Positions 10,643 to 21,164 of a stretch of DNA of 64,000 bases are shown piece by piece (within the stretch, counting starts at the first letter, position 1; each line of letters begins with the position of its first letter). The position numbers and the translations under genes are program-made. Below the pieces are notes generated by a model. The model did not search any database, had not been told where the DNA came from, and saw only the letters and a list, made by a program, of their open reading frames with translations. Source of the stretch: Clostridiales bacterium (GTDB lineage: Bacteria; Bacillota; Clostridia; Christensenellales; UBA1242); assembly GCA_015055665.1 (NCBI GenBank), contig SVHX01000005.1:6896-70895 (forward strand). Direction: 5' to 3'.

Positions 10643-11827
10643 ATGAACAAAAGAACAATCAAAGACATTGATGTATATGACAAGGCAGTGCTTGTAAGAG
10701 TAGACTTTAATGTACCAGTAATTGATGGTAAGATCACTGACGATAATAGAATTGTTGAGGCTATGGCTACAATCAATTATTTATTGGAGAAGGGTGCTAA
10801 GGTTATCCTTATGAGTCACCTAGGAAGACCAGACGGTAAGGTTGATAAGAAGTACTCTCTTAAGGTTGTTTCCGAAAGATTGCAAGAATTGCTTCCTAAT
10901 AACAAGGTTATTATGGCAAAAGATGTTATTGGCAAGGATGCAAAGTCTAAGGCTGAGAAACTTAAGATGGGACAAGTATTGCTTATCGAGAACTTAAGAT
11001 TTGATGCTAGAGAGGAAGAGAACGACAAAGAGTTTTGTAAGGAATTAGCATCTCTTGGTGAAGTATATATTAATGATGCGTTCGGAACTGCTCACCGCAA
11101 GCACGCTTCTACTTATGGCGTTGCTAAACTTCTACCTAACGCAATTGGTTTCCTTATTGAGAAAGAACTTAATATGATTTGTGGAACAATCGAAGATCCT
11201 AAAAGACCATTTGTAGGTATTCTTGGCGGTGCTAAGGTTAAGGATAAGATTGGCATTATCGAAAGCCTACTTGATACTGTAGATACACTAATTATCGGTG
11301 GAGGTATGGCGTATACCTTCCTACATGTATTAGGATACAAGATTGGTAATTCGTTATTTGACTCTACCAATGTAGATGTTGCTAAGAAGCTTATGAAGAA
11401 GGCGGAAGAGAAAGGGGTTCAATTCCTACTACCAGTTGACTTTGTGGAAACTCCAGAATTTGATGACGTTGTTAACTATAGATACACCAAAGATGCTAAT
11501 ATTTCGGATGGCTACGAAGGTGTTGATATCGGTAAGAAAACTATTAAGTTATTCTCTAAGGCTATTAAGAGAGCAAAAACTGTAATCTGGAACGGCCCAG
11601 TTGGTGTATTCGAGAAGAAGGAATTCGCAGTAGGTACTTACGCTATAGCTAAGAAATTAACTAAGGTGAAAGGAACTACCATTATTGGTGGTGGCGATAG
11701 TGCAAGTGCAGTTATTAATATGGGACTTGCTAACAAGATGACTCATATCTCTACTGGAGGCGGAGCATCACTTAAGTTGTTTGAGGGAAAAGTTCTTCCT
11801 GGTGTAGATGTTATCGATAATATTTAA
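10643..11827 (+). CDS. pgk: phosphoglycerate kinase
   Basis: The protein is 394 aa with RVDFNVP, MSHLGRPDGK, AHRKHAST and GGGDSA motifs. The RBS is AAGGAG. Confidence 0.97.
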   Translation: MNKRTIKDIDVYDKAVLVRVDFNVPVIDGKITDDNRIVEAMATINYLLEKGAKVILMSHLGRPDGKVDKKYSLKVVSERLQELLPNNKVIMAKDVIGKDAKSKAEKLKMGQVLLIENLRFDAREEENDKEFCKELASLGEVYINDAFGTAHRKHASTYGVAKLLPNAIGFLIEKELNMICGTIEDPKRPFVGILGGAKVKDKIGIIESLLDTVDTLIIGGGMAYTFLHVLGYKIGNSLFDSTNVDVAKKLMKKAEEKGVQFLLPVDFVETPEFDDVVNYRYTKDANISDGYEGVDIGKKTIKLFSKAIKRAKTVIWNGPVGVFEKKEFAVGTYAIAKKLTKVKGTTIIGGGDSASAVINMGLANKMTHISTGGGASLKLFEGKVLPGVDVIDNI

Positions 11828-11904
11828 TTTTATTGCAATAATAGCATAGCTGGTATTTTAGATACTATTGCTATGCTAATGTAATAATGGAAAGAGGAGT
11901 TTTT

Positions 11905-12651
11905 ATGAAAAAATTATATCTTATTGGCAATATGAAGATGAACATGAGTATTGCCGAGCTTGAGCCATATTTCGAAAATATTACAACAATTGCTTCGCAG
12001 AGTAGCAATGTTGTAGGTGTTTGTGTTCCTTATGTATACCTTGACATGGCACAAGGTATGCTTAATGGATCTAAGGTACTATATGGTGCTCAGAATATGC
12101 ATTTCCAAGATAGCGGTGCTTATACAGGCGAGATAAGTGCTAATATGCTAGAGGACTTTGGTTGTGACTTGGTTGTACTTGGTCATAGCGAGAGGCGTGC
12201 GTATTTCCATGAGTCTGATGAAGAGATTAATCTTAAGGTTAAGAAGGCTCTTGAGAAGGGTATTACTCCAATATTGTGCTTTGGAGAAACTCTAGAAGAG
12301 AGAGAAGGTAGTATGGCTCACAGCGTCGTTGAAAGACAAATAGTGGGAGCTCTTGCAGATCTTGGCGAAGAAGATGTTTCGAGAATTATATTTGCATACG
12401 AGCCAGTGTGGGCTATTGGTACTGGTGTGAGTGCAACATCAGAGCAGGCAGAAGAGATGATTTCTTTTGCTAAGAGATTAATCGCTGATGAGTTCGGTGT
12501 TAATAATAGCATAATGCTGTACGGTGGTAGTCTTAAGCCAAGCAATGCAGAAGATATACTAAGCAAGCCAAGTATCGATGGAGGTCTAATTGGTGGGGCT
12601 TGTTTGAAACTCCAAGACTTTGAACAATTAATTAATACGAAGGTAGAATAG
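11905..12651 (+). CDS. tpiA: triosephosphate isomerase
   Basis: NMKMN, GHSERR and AYEPVWAIGTG motifs are present. The start was moved to the ATG at 11905, because the listed ATG at 11887 lies inside the RBS AAAGAGGAG. Confidence 0.95.
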   Translation: MKKLYLIGNMKMNMSIAELEPYFENITTIASQSSNVVGVCVPYVYLDMAQGMLNGSKVLYGAQNMHFQDSGAYTGEISANMLEDFGCDLVVLGHSERRAYFHESDEEINLKVKKALEKGITPILCFGETLEEREGSMAHSVVERQIVGALADLGEEDVSRIIFAYEPVWAIGTGVSATSEQAEEMISFAKRLIADEFGVNNSIMLYGGSLKPSNAEDILSKPSIDGGLIGGACLKLQDFEQLINTKVE

Positions 12652-14163
12652 ATGAAGAAGACTGTTGCTCTAGTAATTATGGATGGATATGGTCTATCCG
12701 CAGACAAGACTAATAATGCAATATTTAAGGCAGAAACGCCTAATATCGAAAGGTTGCAAGCAGAATATCCAACAACTACAATTAACGCGTCTGGCAGACG
12801 TGTTGGTTTGCCAGACGGTCAGATGGGTAATAGCGAAGTTGGTCACCTCAATATGGGTGCTGGTAGAGTAGTTTATCAAGATATTACAAGGATAGACAAA
12901 GCAATTGAAGATGGTGAATTCTTCAAAAATGATGCTTTCAAGACAGCAATGGAATCTCTTGAGGAAGGCAAGTCGCTACATCTAGTAGGATTGTTATCTG
13001 ATGGTGGTGTTCATAGTTCGATAGAGCATTTGATAGCTCTTATTGAAATGGCTAAGAAAAAGGGTGTAGCTAGTGTCTATATCCATTGCATTACTGATGG
13101 TAGGGACACTCCGCCAGATAGCGGACTAAAGTTCGTATCAAGAGTAGAAGAAGAGTGTAGCAGAATTGGTGTTGGCTCGATTGCTACAATAGTTGGCAGA
13201 TTCTATTACATGGATAGAGATAAGCGTTGGGATAGAGTCGAGAAGGGGTATAACGCTGTGTTTAATGGTGTTGGTGCTCGTTATGCATCTGCAATTGCAG
13301 GGCTCGAAGCTAGCTATAAGAACGAAGTATTTGATGAGTTTGTCGAACCTATTATCATTAATGGTTACAATGGCGTTAGTGATGGCGATAGTGTTATTTT
13401 CTATAATTTCCGATCGGACAGAGCTAGAGAAATATCTCATGCAATCTTAGATGAGCAATTTGAACATTTTGCCAGAATTAAGAAAGATGTATACTATGTA
13501 GGCATGACAGAGTATGATGTTACTCTTGAGGGTATTCATACAGCATTTCCGCCTAAAGATATCAAAAACACATTAGGTGAGGTGCTTGCTAGTAACGAGA
13601 TGACTCAGTTGCGTATTGCAGAAACAGAGAAATATGCTCATGTAACCTTCTTCTTTAATGGAGGAATTGAAGCTCCTAATAAGTTAGAAGATAGGATACT
13701 TGTTCCTTCTCCAAAGGTAGCAACTTATGATATGCAACCAGAAATGAGTGCCGAGGAAGTAACGGATAAAGTTCTTGCAGAAATAGGCAAATATGACGTT
13801 GTTATACTTAACTATGCCAACTGTGATATGGTTGGGCATACAGGTGTAATGGGTGCTGCTATTAAGGCTGTAGAAACAGTAGATACATGTGTTGGTCGAG
13901 TTGCTGATAAGATATTGGAAGTAGGTGGCGTGATGATCCTTACATCCGATCATGGCAATGCGGAAACAATGGCTTTTGAAGATGGCTCTCCATGTACCTC
14001 GCATACAACTAATCTTGTGCCACTAAGTATAATTGGTGATGATTATAAGTCTAGTGTGCTTAAATCTGATATGGCATTATGTGATATTGCACCTACTATG
14101 CTAGAGATATTGGGTGTGGAACAACCAAGTGATATGACAGGCGAAAGTATTCTAAGTCATTAA
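12652..14163 (+). CDS. gpmI: 2,3-bisphosphoglycerate-independent phosphoglycerate mutase
   Basis: The 503-aa protein has MDGYG, GNSEVGHLNMGAGR and TSDHGNAE motifs. Its start codon abuts the tpiA stop. Confidence 0.95.
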   Translation: MKKTVALVIMDGYGLSADKTNNAIFKAETPNIERLQAEYPTTTINASGRRVGLPDGQMGNSEVGHLNMGAGRVVYQDITRIDKAIEDGEFFKNDAFKTAMESLEEGKSLHLVGLLSDGGVHSSIEHLIALIEMAKKKGVASVYIHCITDGRDTPPDSGLKFVSRVEEECSRIGVGSIATIVGRFYYMDRDKRWDRVEKGYNAVFNGVGARYASAIAGLEASYKNEVFDEFVEPIIINGYNGVSDGDSVIFYNFRSDRAREISHAILDEQFEHFARIKKDVYYVGMTEYDVTLEGIHTAFPPKDIKNTLGEVLASNEMTQLRIAETEKYAHVTFFFNGGIEAPNKLEDRILVPSPKVATYDMQPEMSAEEVTDKVLAEIGKYDVVILNYANCDMVGHTGVMGAAIKAVETVDTCVGRVADKILEVGGVMILTSDHGNAETMAFEDGSPCTSHTTNLVPLSIIGDDYKSSVLKSDMALCDIAPTMLEILGVEQPSDMTGESILSH

Positions 14164-14198
14164 TATCTAGCGTTAAAGTATATGCGTAAGGAGAAAAT

Positions 14199-14441
14199 AT
14201 GAATTTGTTGTGTGGACTCGTGCAGAATTTATGGAATACAGTATACAACAAATGTGTACGAAATCTTGATGATGCTACCAAGGTTAGAATTGGTGTAATA
14301 CTTCTAATTGCAAGCATGATATTATTTATCATGTGTTCTAAAGGACCTAACAAGGCTCATTTGGTTAATAGTTGGTTTCTATTCTGGCTTGCACTAATTA
14401 CCTTTGTAATGGCAGTAATGTATTTGTCGGTTTTTAGGTAA
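14199..14441 (+). CDS. small two-TM membrane protein, unknown function
   Basis: A strong RBS AAGGAGAAAA precedes the ATG. The 80-aa product has two hydrophobic helices. Confidence 0.55.
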   Translation: MNLLCGLVQNLWNTVYNKCVRNLDDATKVRIGVILLIASMILFIMCSKGPNKAHLVNSWFLFWLALITFVMAVMYLSVFR

Positions 14442-14610
14442 CAATCACAGAAAATCGTTGATAAATAGGTAATTTAAATATTTTTCGAGTAAATTACAAT
14501 GTTGTGCTTGTCAAGACGACTTAAATATGTTACAATTTCAATTGATAATGATGCTAGAATCTAATATTCTTAGATGATAGTTTAATATAATAAAGGAGAA
14601 GTTAATAGAT

Positions 14611-14919
14611 ATGAGTTTTTCATTTTTGTGTGCAGATACTATTTCTACAAGTACCGCTACTGCATTAACTACCATTAGATCAATAGTCTTAATACTTATG
14701 GCTATTGCTGCTATTGCTATTATAGTTGCTGTACTTATGCAACCATCTAATCCAGATGGTGGAAGAAATGTAATTACCGGTACTAATGATAGTTATTATG
14801 CTCAGAACAAGGGTCAGACCAAAGAAGGTAGACTCAAGAAGTTGATTATCATTAGTGCAGTTGTTATTTTTGTTCTAACGATTGCGTTCTTTGTAATTGA
14901 GCATTTCTTTGCAGGATAA
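14611..14919 (+). CDS. secG: preprotein translocase subunit SecG (with an N-terminal extension)
   Basis: The layout is TM1, then IIVAVLMQPSNPDGG, a Gly-rich loop and TM2 (VIFVLTIAFF), which parallels Bacillus SecG (IIVVLLQSSKSAG...FFVLTIALAY). It lies upstream of rnr, as in Bacillus. Confidence 0.75.
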   Translation: MSFSFLCADTISTSTATALTTIRSIVLILMAIAAIAIIVAVLMQPSNPDGGRNVITGTNDSYYAQNKGQTKEGRLKKLIIISAVVIFVLTIAFFVIEHFFAG

Positions 14920-14933
14920 TGATAGTGATTTAG

Positions 14934-14965
14934 GGCTCGAGTTTTAGTTAATTCGAGCCATTTTT
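14934..14965 (+). terminator. rho-independent terminator of secG
   Basis: The stem is GGCTCGA / TCGAGCC (14934-14940 and 14953-14959), followed by A then TTTTT. Confidence 0.55.
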
Positions 14966-14988
14966 AAAACTGATAGAAGAAGGGTAAA

Positions 14989-17274
14989 ATGGAAGATTTT
15001 AATGATTTGATAGTAGAGCAGATTGAGAAAAACAAACTTAGTTTGTTTAACTATGATTTTGTAATTAATCAGCTCGAAGTACTTAATAATAAGTCGTATA
15101 GCGAGATTAAATCGATATTAGATTCCCTTATAGCAAGTGGAAGGGTGACTCTAACTGGCAAGGCTAAGGAAACATCTTGGGAAGATCCCAATGCTGTAAA
15201 GAAAACTAAAGAAAAGAAAGAAAAGCCTAAATACGACAGATCCTCAGATGCTCCTAAATCTCCTTATTCAAGTAATAGACAGAGCAACATTGATTTGGCT
15301 TATGATATTCTGAATAAGAAGGACAAGAAGAGTGCAAGAAAGGTGTCTAGGGTAGAAGGTAAAATTCAGTCTACCTCTAGAGGATACGCTTTCCTTATTC
15401 CTAATGATATAACGATTGAGGATATATTTATTGCTGAGAGAGATCTTAACGGTGCCATGCACAATGATAGAGTCATGGTAGTTGTTAGGGAAACAGGTGG
15501 TCGTAGACAAGAGGGTAAGGTTGTTCAAATTCTTGAAAGGGGATTTGAAAGAGTTGTTGGATTGCTAAGAGTAGTTAAGAAGATTGCTTATGTAGTTCCA
15601 GATGACGTTAAGGTCGGCAAGGATATTTCGATACCAATCACCAAACTAAATGGTGCTAGAGATGGCGAGAAGGTCGTAGCTAAGATTACTAGATTCTATG
15701 CTAGCAAGCGTAATCCTGATGGCGAAATTATAGAAGTATTGGGTAAGCCTAACGAGATAGATACCGAAGTTCTAGCAATACTAAGGGGGTATAATTTGTA
15801 TACTTCTTTCCCAAAACATGTATCGGCTAGTGCAGAGGAATTGCCTGAGATGGTAGACAAATCCCAATATCCTAAGCGTCTAGATTTAACTAATAATATT
15901 ATATTTACCATAGATGGCGAAGATACAAGAGATATTGATGATGCTATCTCTATTGATGTCAAAGAAAATGGCAACAGGGTCCTAGGTGTTCATATTGCGG
16001 ATGTTGGTGAATATGTCAAGAAGGATAATGTTTTTGACAAAGAAGCGTTCAAACGTGGCACTTCGGTGTATTTTCCTAACCTAGTTATTCCTATGCTACC
16101 AAGAGAGCTTTCTAATGGAATATGCTCGTTAAATGAACGAGTTGATAGGCTTGCACTCAGTTGCTTTATGGAATTTGATAAGAACGCCAATCTTGTGGAC
16201 TATAAGATTTGTGAGAGTATTATTAATAGCAAACGCAGATTTACATATACCAAGGTGCAGGCAATATTCGAAGGTGATAGGGAAGAATCTCCTGAGCTTA
16301 TAGATGCACTATTGACTATGAGGGAACTTGCAAGACAACTTGCAGAGAATAGGGTTAAACGTGGAGCAATTGAATTTGATATCCCTGAGGTGCAAGTTGG
16401 GCTTAATGAATTGGGTGATGTTCTCACCCTTACCAAGAGAGAGCAGAACGAAAGTCATAGGTTGATAGAATCGTTTATGGTTGTTGCTAACGAAACTATT
16501 GCTACACACTTCTTGGAGAAGAAGATACCTTTCGTATATCGTATTCACGAAAGCCCAGATGCAGAGAAGATTGAAAGGCTTGTTGGTATGGTTAATAGCT
16601 TTGGTGTCGAGCATAGTCTTAATATTGATAAGTGTGAGCCTAAGGATATACAAGATTTGCTAGATAGTATTAAGGATAAGCCTTGTGCATATGTACTTAA
16701 TCGTATAGCACTTAGGTGTATGAAGAAGGCAAAATATAGTCCTGATTGTATGGGGCACTATGGTCTGGCTAGTCCTAAGTATTGTCACTTTACAAGTCCT
16801 ATTCGAAGATATCCTGATCTGACTATTCATAGAATAATCAAGGATTATTTGCGTGGTAATTTGCATGATAAGAGCAAGGTTATGCTTAAGGACTTTGTTG
16901 CCCTTTCGTCTATTCAATCATCCGAGACAGAACGTAATGCAGAGGCTGTAGAAAGAGATGTTGATGATCTATATAGAGTGTTCTATATGACACACCATAT
17001 AGGGGAAGAATTTGATGGAATAATAAGTGGAGTTACTAACTTTGGTGTGTTCGTTGAGCTTGATAATACCGTTGAGGGTATGATTAGGCTAGACAATCTT
17101 CCACAGGATCAATACGAATATTTTGAGGACAAATTTCAACTTAAAGGATACAAACACAAATTTACAATCGGGGATAAATTAAGAGTTAGAAGTACTAGAG
17201 CTGATATTCTGGCCAAGGAAATAGACTTCGAATTAGTAACTCAGTATCCAAGTGATTCAAACAATAATCATTAA
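14989..17274 (+). CDS. rnr: ribonuclease R
   Basis: The 761-aa protein has an RNB catalytic core (TIDGEDTRDIDDAISI, HFTSPIRRYPD) and a C-terminal S1 domain (GIISGVTNFGVFVEL). Confidence 0.95.
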   Translation: MEDFNDLIVEQIEKNKLSLFNYDFVINQLEVLNNKSYSEIKSILDSLIASGRVTLTGKAKETSWEDPNAVKKTKEKKEKPKYDRSSDAPKSPYSSNRQSNIDLAYDILNKKDKKSARKVSRVEGKIQSTSRGYAFLIPNDITIEDIFIAERDLNGAMHNDRVMVVVRETGGRRQEGKVVQILERGFERVVGLLRVVKKIAYVVPDDVKVGKDISIPITKLNGARDGEKVVAKITRFYASKRNPDGEIIEVLGKPNEIDTEVLAILRGYNLYTSFPKHVSASAEELPEMVDKSQYPKRLDLTNNIIFTIDGEDTRDIDDAISIDVKENGNRVLGVHIADVGEYVKKDNVFDKEAFKRGTSVYFPNLVIPMLPRELSNGICSLNERVDRLALSCFMEFDKNANLVDYKICESIINSKRRFTYTKVQAIFEGDREESPELIDALLTMRELARQLAENRVKRGAIEFDIPEVQVGLNELGDVLTLTKREQNESHRLIESFMVVANETIATHFLEKKIPFVYRIHESPDAEKIERLVGMVNSFGVEHSLNIDKCEPKDIQDLLDSIKDKPCAYVLNRIALRCMKKAKYSPDCMGHYGLASPKYCHFTSPIRRYPDLTIHRIIKDYLRGNLHDKSKVMLKDFVALSSIQSSETERNAEAVERDVDDLYRVFYMTHHIGEEFDGIISGVTNFGVFVELDNTVEGMIRLDNLPQDQYEYFEDKFQLKGYKHKFTIGDKLRVRSTRADILAKEIDFELVTQYPSDSNNNH

Positions 17275-17418
17275 TAACTAATAGTAGGTTAGACATTTTT
17301 TGTTTAATCTACTATTTCTATTAAACAAATGTTCGACTAAGTTGTATGTAAATATTTGGAAAAATCATATAATTATGATAGAATACTAGTGATGATAAAA
17401 AGGTAGGAATAATTTATT

Positions 17419-18096
17419 ATGTCAAAGAGTATAAATATTACCCTAGACGGCCCAGGAGGAAGTGGGAAAACAACGATAGCTAAGGCTATTGCCAAAGATC
17501 TTAACTACATATATGTTGATACAGGTGGCATGTATAGAGGGGTAGCGTGGTTTATAGATAGCAGAGATATTGATGCTACCGACGAACAAGGTGTTCTTGG
17601 TGTGCTTCCAGAATTGAGCTTAGATATCAAGGTTGTAGATGGAGAACAACATGTATTTGTTAATGGTCAAGACGTTTCTGGTCAGATAAGGACTCCTAAG
17701 ATGTCACAATGTGCTTCTATTATTTCAACTTATAAAGATGTGCGACTTAAGTTGGTTTCTATGCAAAGAGAAATTGCAAGGAGTGTTAATTCTGTATTTG
17801 ACGGTCGTGATATGGGCAGTTATGTTTTGCCATTTGCAGAATATAAATTTTATCTTACCGCGGATATTGATGAGCGAGCTAAGCGAAGATATTTGGAGCT
17901 AAAGGATAAGGGGCAAGATGTTTCGTTAGGGGACGTTAAACAAGACATGATAGAACGAGATGAAAGAGATAGTTCTAGAGCTTTTGCACCACTTGTAATT
18001 CCTACTGGAGCATTTGTAATTGATACAACTAATTTAACTATTGAAGAAGTTAAGAATATAATACTTAATAAAATTGGCAAATTAAATAAGGATTAA
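17419..18096 (+). CDS. cmk: cytidylate kinase
   Basis: ITLDGPGGSGKTTIAKAIA and YVDTGGMYRG motifs are present. The protein is 225 aa. Confidence 0.93.
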   Translation: MSKSINITLDGPGGSGKTTIAKAIAKDLNYIYVDTGGMYRGVAWFIDSRDIDATDEQGVLGVLPELSLDIKVVDGEQHVFVNGQDVSGQIRTPKMSQCASIISTYKDVRLKLVSMQREIARSVNSVFDGRDMGSYVLPFAEYKFYLTADIDERAKRRYLELKDKGQDVSLGDVKQDMIERDERDSSRAFAPLVIPTGAFVIDTTNLTIEEVKNIILNKIGKLNKD

Positions 18097-18112
18097 ATAG
18101 AACGGAGGAGTT

Positions 18113-18925
18113 ATGGATAAGAGAATTGCTTTGCTATATGACTTTGATTATACATTGACAGATGGTTATATGCAGCAGTTTGGTCTGATGCAAGATTTCG
18201 GATACAGTAATGTTTATGATTTGTTTGCAGCAACTGAAGAAGTATTTGGTAATAATCCGGATATGGATATGTGTCTTAATATGCTGGGTGGTGTATTGGA
18301 GATTGCTAAGCGAAATAATGTAAAGATAACACAAGAGTACCTTAAAGATAAGGGCAGGGCTGTTACTTATTATCCTGGCGTTATTGAGTGGTTTGATAAG
18401 ATAAATGCTATAGGCAAAGAATATGGATATGAAATTGAGCATTACGTTATCAGTAGTGGTATCAAAGAAATAATTGATGGCACAAGTATCTGTAACAAGC
18501 TAAAGAGGGTTTACTCCAATACTTATGTATATAACCAAGACGGTGAGGCGATTTGGCCTTGTCAAGTTGTAAATTATACTAGCAAAGTTCAATACATATA
18601 TAGAGTTAGAAAGAACGTGTTAGATAATCTAGCAGATCTTAAAGATGTTAATGCTAAGATGGAAGACGAAGATGTGTTGCCATTTGAGAGGATAATATAT
18701 CTAGGAGATAGCGAAACAGATATACCATCTTTCAAGGTGGTTAAGAATAGCGGAGGACTATCTATATGTGTGTACTCTCAGTCAAGCGAAAAAGCCAAAA
18801 TGGTTGCTGAGCAATGTTGTAGGGAGGGGCGTGTTAATTACTTTGTCCCTGCAGATTATAGAGAAGGAAGTCAGCTATATAATATAATAGAAACATATAT
18901 AAGAAACATAATGAGCAAAGAATAA
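18113..18925 (+). CDS. HAD-superfamily hydrolase-like protein
   Basis: HAD motif I is DFDYT (LLYDFDYTLTD) and motif IV is GDSETD (YLGDSETDIPSF). The specific substrate is unknown. Confidence 0.6.
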   Translation: MDKRIALLYDFDYTLTDGYMQQFGLMQDFGYSNVYDLFAATEEVFGNNPDMDMCLNMLGGVLEIAKRNNVKITQEYLKDKGRAVTYYPGVIEWFDKINAIGKEYGYEIEHYVISSGIKEIIDGTSICNKLKRVYSNTYVYNQDGEAIWPCQVVNYTSKVQYIYRVRKNVLDNLADLKDVNAKMEDEDVLPFERIIYLGDSETDIPSFKVVKNSGGLSICVYSQSSEKAKMVAEQCCREGRVNYFVPADYREGSQLYNIIETYIRNIMSKE

Positions 18926-18938
18926 GAATAGACTATTT

Positions 18939-21164
18939 ATGACAAAATTAACTAACCTTACATGCATTAAAGGCATGGTTCAAGAAGTAAGATATCGCAA
19001 TGAAGATAATAACTATACTGTCATAATACTAGAGGTTAATGACGAATTCGTAACGGCTACTGGCAAATTCCCTATAATAAATGAGGGTGAGTGGGTTGAG
19101 CTTAATGGCAAATTTGTTTTAAACAAAAAGTACGGCGAACAATTTGCAGTAGATAGTGTTAAGTTGTCTCCGCCAAATACCAAGGATGGTATTATAAGAT
19201 ATTTGTCTAGTGGATTGATCCCTGGTGTTGGACCAATAACCGCAGCAAATATTGTTAACAAATTTGGAGAGGCAACACTTGATATTATACGTTACAATCC
19301 GCGAAGACTGGCAGAGGTGCGTAATGTAAGCCTTAAGAAAGCGGAAGAAATCTGCAAGGCTTATGAGGAAGTTCACCAGATGCAGAACGCTGTAATGATA
19401 ATGCAGCAATATCATATAAGTACCAATCTAGCAATTAAGATTTATAATCAGTATGGTGAAGGAACGGAAGATATACTCAAGAATAATCCTTACAAGATAG
19501 TGGAGGATGTATCTGGAGTAGGCTTTTTTACTGCCGACAAAATTGCTATGGCTATGGGAGTTCCTGAAGATAGTGATTATAGAGTTCGTGCTGGAGTGCT
19601 TCATGTCTTGCGTGAAAACAGCGATAAGAACGGAAACACGTGTATGCAGATAGCTGCTTTGATTGAGGGTGTATTTGAGATACTCAATATACCTAATCTG
19701 CAAACTAGGGCGGAAAATGTTATTGAGAAGTTAATCCTAGATGGATATCTGATGAGGTTGGTATTTGATGACGAAGTATTAATTGCCCTTAGTCAATATT
19801 ATAAGATCGAGAGAGTATTGGCTGATTCGTTGCTTTTGCTAGACTCTGATTGTGATGAATCAGAGCTTAATATTGACGAAGAAATTGCTCATTACGAACA
19901 GGTTAACAATATTAAGATGCATGAACATCAGAAGGCTGCAGTTAATATTGCAGTTAATAATGGCGTATCAATCATAACTGGTGGGCCTGGTACAGGAAAA
20001 ACAACTATAGTGAAATGTATGCTCCAGATATTCAAAAGCATGGGCAAAACAGTAAAGCTTATGGCACCAACAGGGCGTGCGTCAAAAAGGTTAAGCGAAA
20101 GCACAGGTGAAAATGCTAGTACCATACATAGGGCACTTGAGATGACAGGTGGTGAAGATAGCAGGTTTATGTACAATAACCAAACTAAACTTAGTTATGA
20201 TGTAATTATAGTAGACGAAGTAAGTATGGTAGATAGCCAGCTGATGTATTATTTGGTTCGTTCAATTAAGCGTGGTAGCAAGCTAGTGCTGGTTGGGGAT
20301 AAGGATCAGCTTGCATCAGTTGGGGCAGGTAATGTGTTAGCGGATCTGCTCGAAAGCGGATGCTTTGCAACCATGTGCTTAACGCAAATATATAGGCAGA
20401 GCGAAGATAGTTTAATTATTGTAAATGCTCATGAGATTAACAAAGGTAATATGCCTAAGCTGGACAATAAGAGTAAGGATTTTTTCTTTGAGAGGAGAGA
20501 GAATAATGATGAGGCGTTAAAGAGCATTGTGGATATGTGTGTTAGTCGTATTCCTAAATTTATGGGTGTAGATAGCAGTAATATTCAGGTTCTTGCTCCT
20601 ATGAAAAGCGGTGTTGTTGGGATTGATAATATCAACAAAGAATTGCAGGACAAGCTTAATCCTTCTAGTCTATCCAAGTGTGAAGTGGAGACAGATAAGG
20701 TTATCTATCGTACTGGAGATAGAGTAATGCAGACAAGCAATAATTACGAGCGTACTTGGATTAAGGATGGCGTCTTTGGAGCTGGTGTATTTAACGGCGA
20801 TATAGGTATCATTACCGATATTGATATGAGTACATCAGAGGTTGTTATCGAATTCGAAGATGGCAGAGTTGCTAGGTACATAAAGAGCGATCTCAGTGAG
20901 ATTACACTTAGTTACGCTATAACGATACATAAGAGTCAAGGTAGCGAATTTGACGTTGTAATAATACCGGCATTATCTGGACCGCCAATGTTACTTACTC
21001 GTAATTTACTATACACCGCGGTTACTCGTGCAAAGAAAATGGTTGTAATAATAGGAACTAAACAAAGTGTTGCTCGTATGGTACATAATAATTATACTAA
21101 GGTTAGATATACTATGCTAAAACGCTTTTTGGACCTAGATGGAGAGAAAAAATGGCAATTATAG
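18939..21164 (+). CDS. recD2: RecD2-type ATP-dependent 5'-3' DNA helicase (YrrC-like)
   Basis: The 741-aa protein has a Walker A (GGPGTGKTT), motif II (IIVDEVSMV), and YAITIHKSQGSEF and TAVTRAKK motifs. An N-terminal OB/HhH region is typical of RecD2. Confidence 0.9.
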   Translation: MTKLTNLTCIKGMVQEVRYRNEDNNYTVIILEVNDEFVTATGKFPIINEGEWVELNGKFVLNKKYGEQFAVDSVKLSPPNTKDGIIRYLSSGLIPGVGPITAANIVNKFGEATLDIIRYNPRRLAEVRNVSLKKAEEICKAYEEVHQMQNAVMIMQQYHISTNLAIKIYNQYGEGTEDILKNNPYKIVEDVSGVGFFTADKIAMAMGVPEDSDYRVRAGVLHVLRENSDKNGNTCMQIAALIEGVFEILNIPNLQTRAENVIEKLILDGYLMRLVFDDEVLIALSQYYKIERVLADSLLLLDSDCDESELNIDEEIAHYEQVNNIKMHEHQKAAVNIAVNNGVSIITGGPGTGKTTIVKCMLQIFKSMGKTVKLMAPTGRASKRLSESTGENASTIHRALEMTGGEDSRFMYNNQTKLSYDVIIVDEVSMVDSQLMYYLVRSIKRGSKLVLVGDKDQLASVGAGNVLADLLESGCFATMCLTQIYRQSEDSLIIVNAHEINKGNMPKLDNKSKDFFFERRENNDEALKSIVDMCVSRIPKFMGVDSSNIQVLAPMKSGVVGIDNINKELQDKLNPSSLSKCEVETDKVIYRTGDRVMQTSNNYERTWIKDGVFGAGVFNGDIGIITDIDMSTSEVVIEFEDGRVARYIKSDLSEITLSYAITIHKSQGSEFDVVIIPALSGPPMLLTRNLLYTAVTRAKKMVVIIGTKQSVARMVHNNYTKVRYTMLKRFLDLDGEKKWQL

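Noticed and set aside
11887-11904. The ORF track lists longer N-terminal extensions for tpiA, and likewise for the GNAT gene, the 174-aa and 69-aa genes, ktrB, znuA, the RluA-family gene, groES, clpX and others.
   Set aside because: In each case a downstream in-frame start has a proper Shine-Dalgarno sequence at 5-10 nt. The extension overlaps an RBS, a -10 box or the upstream gene.
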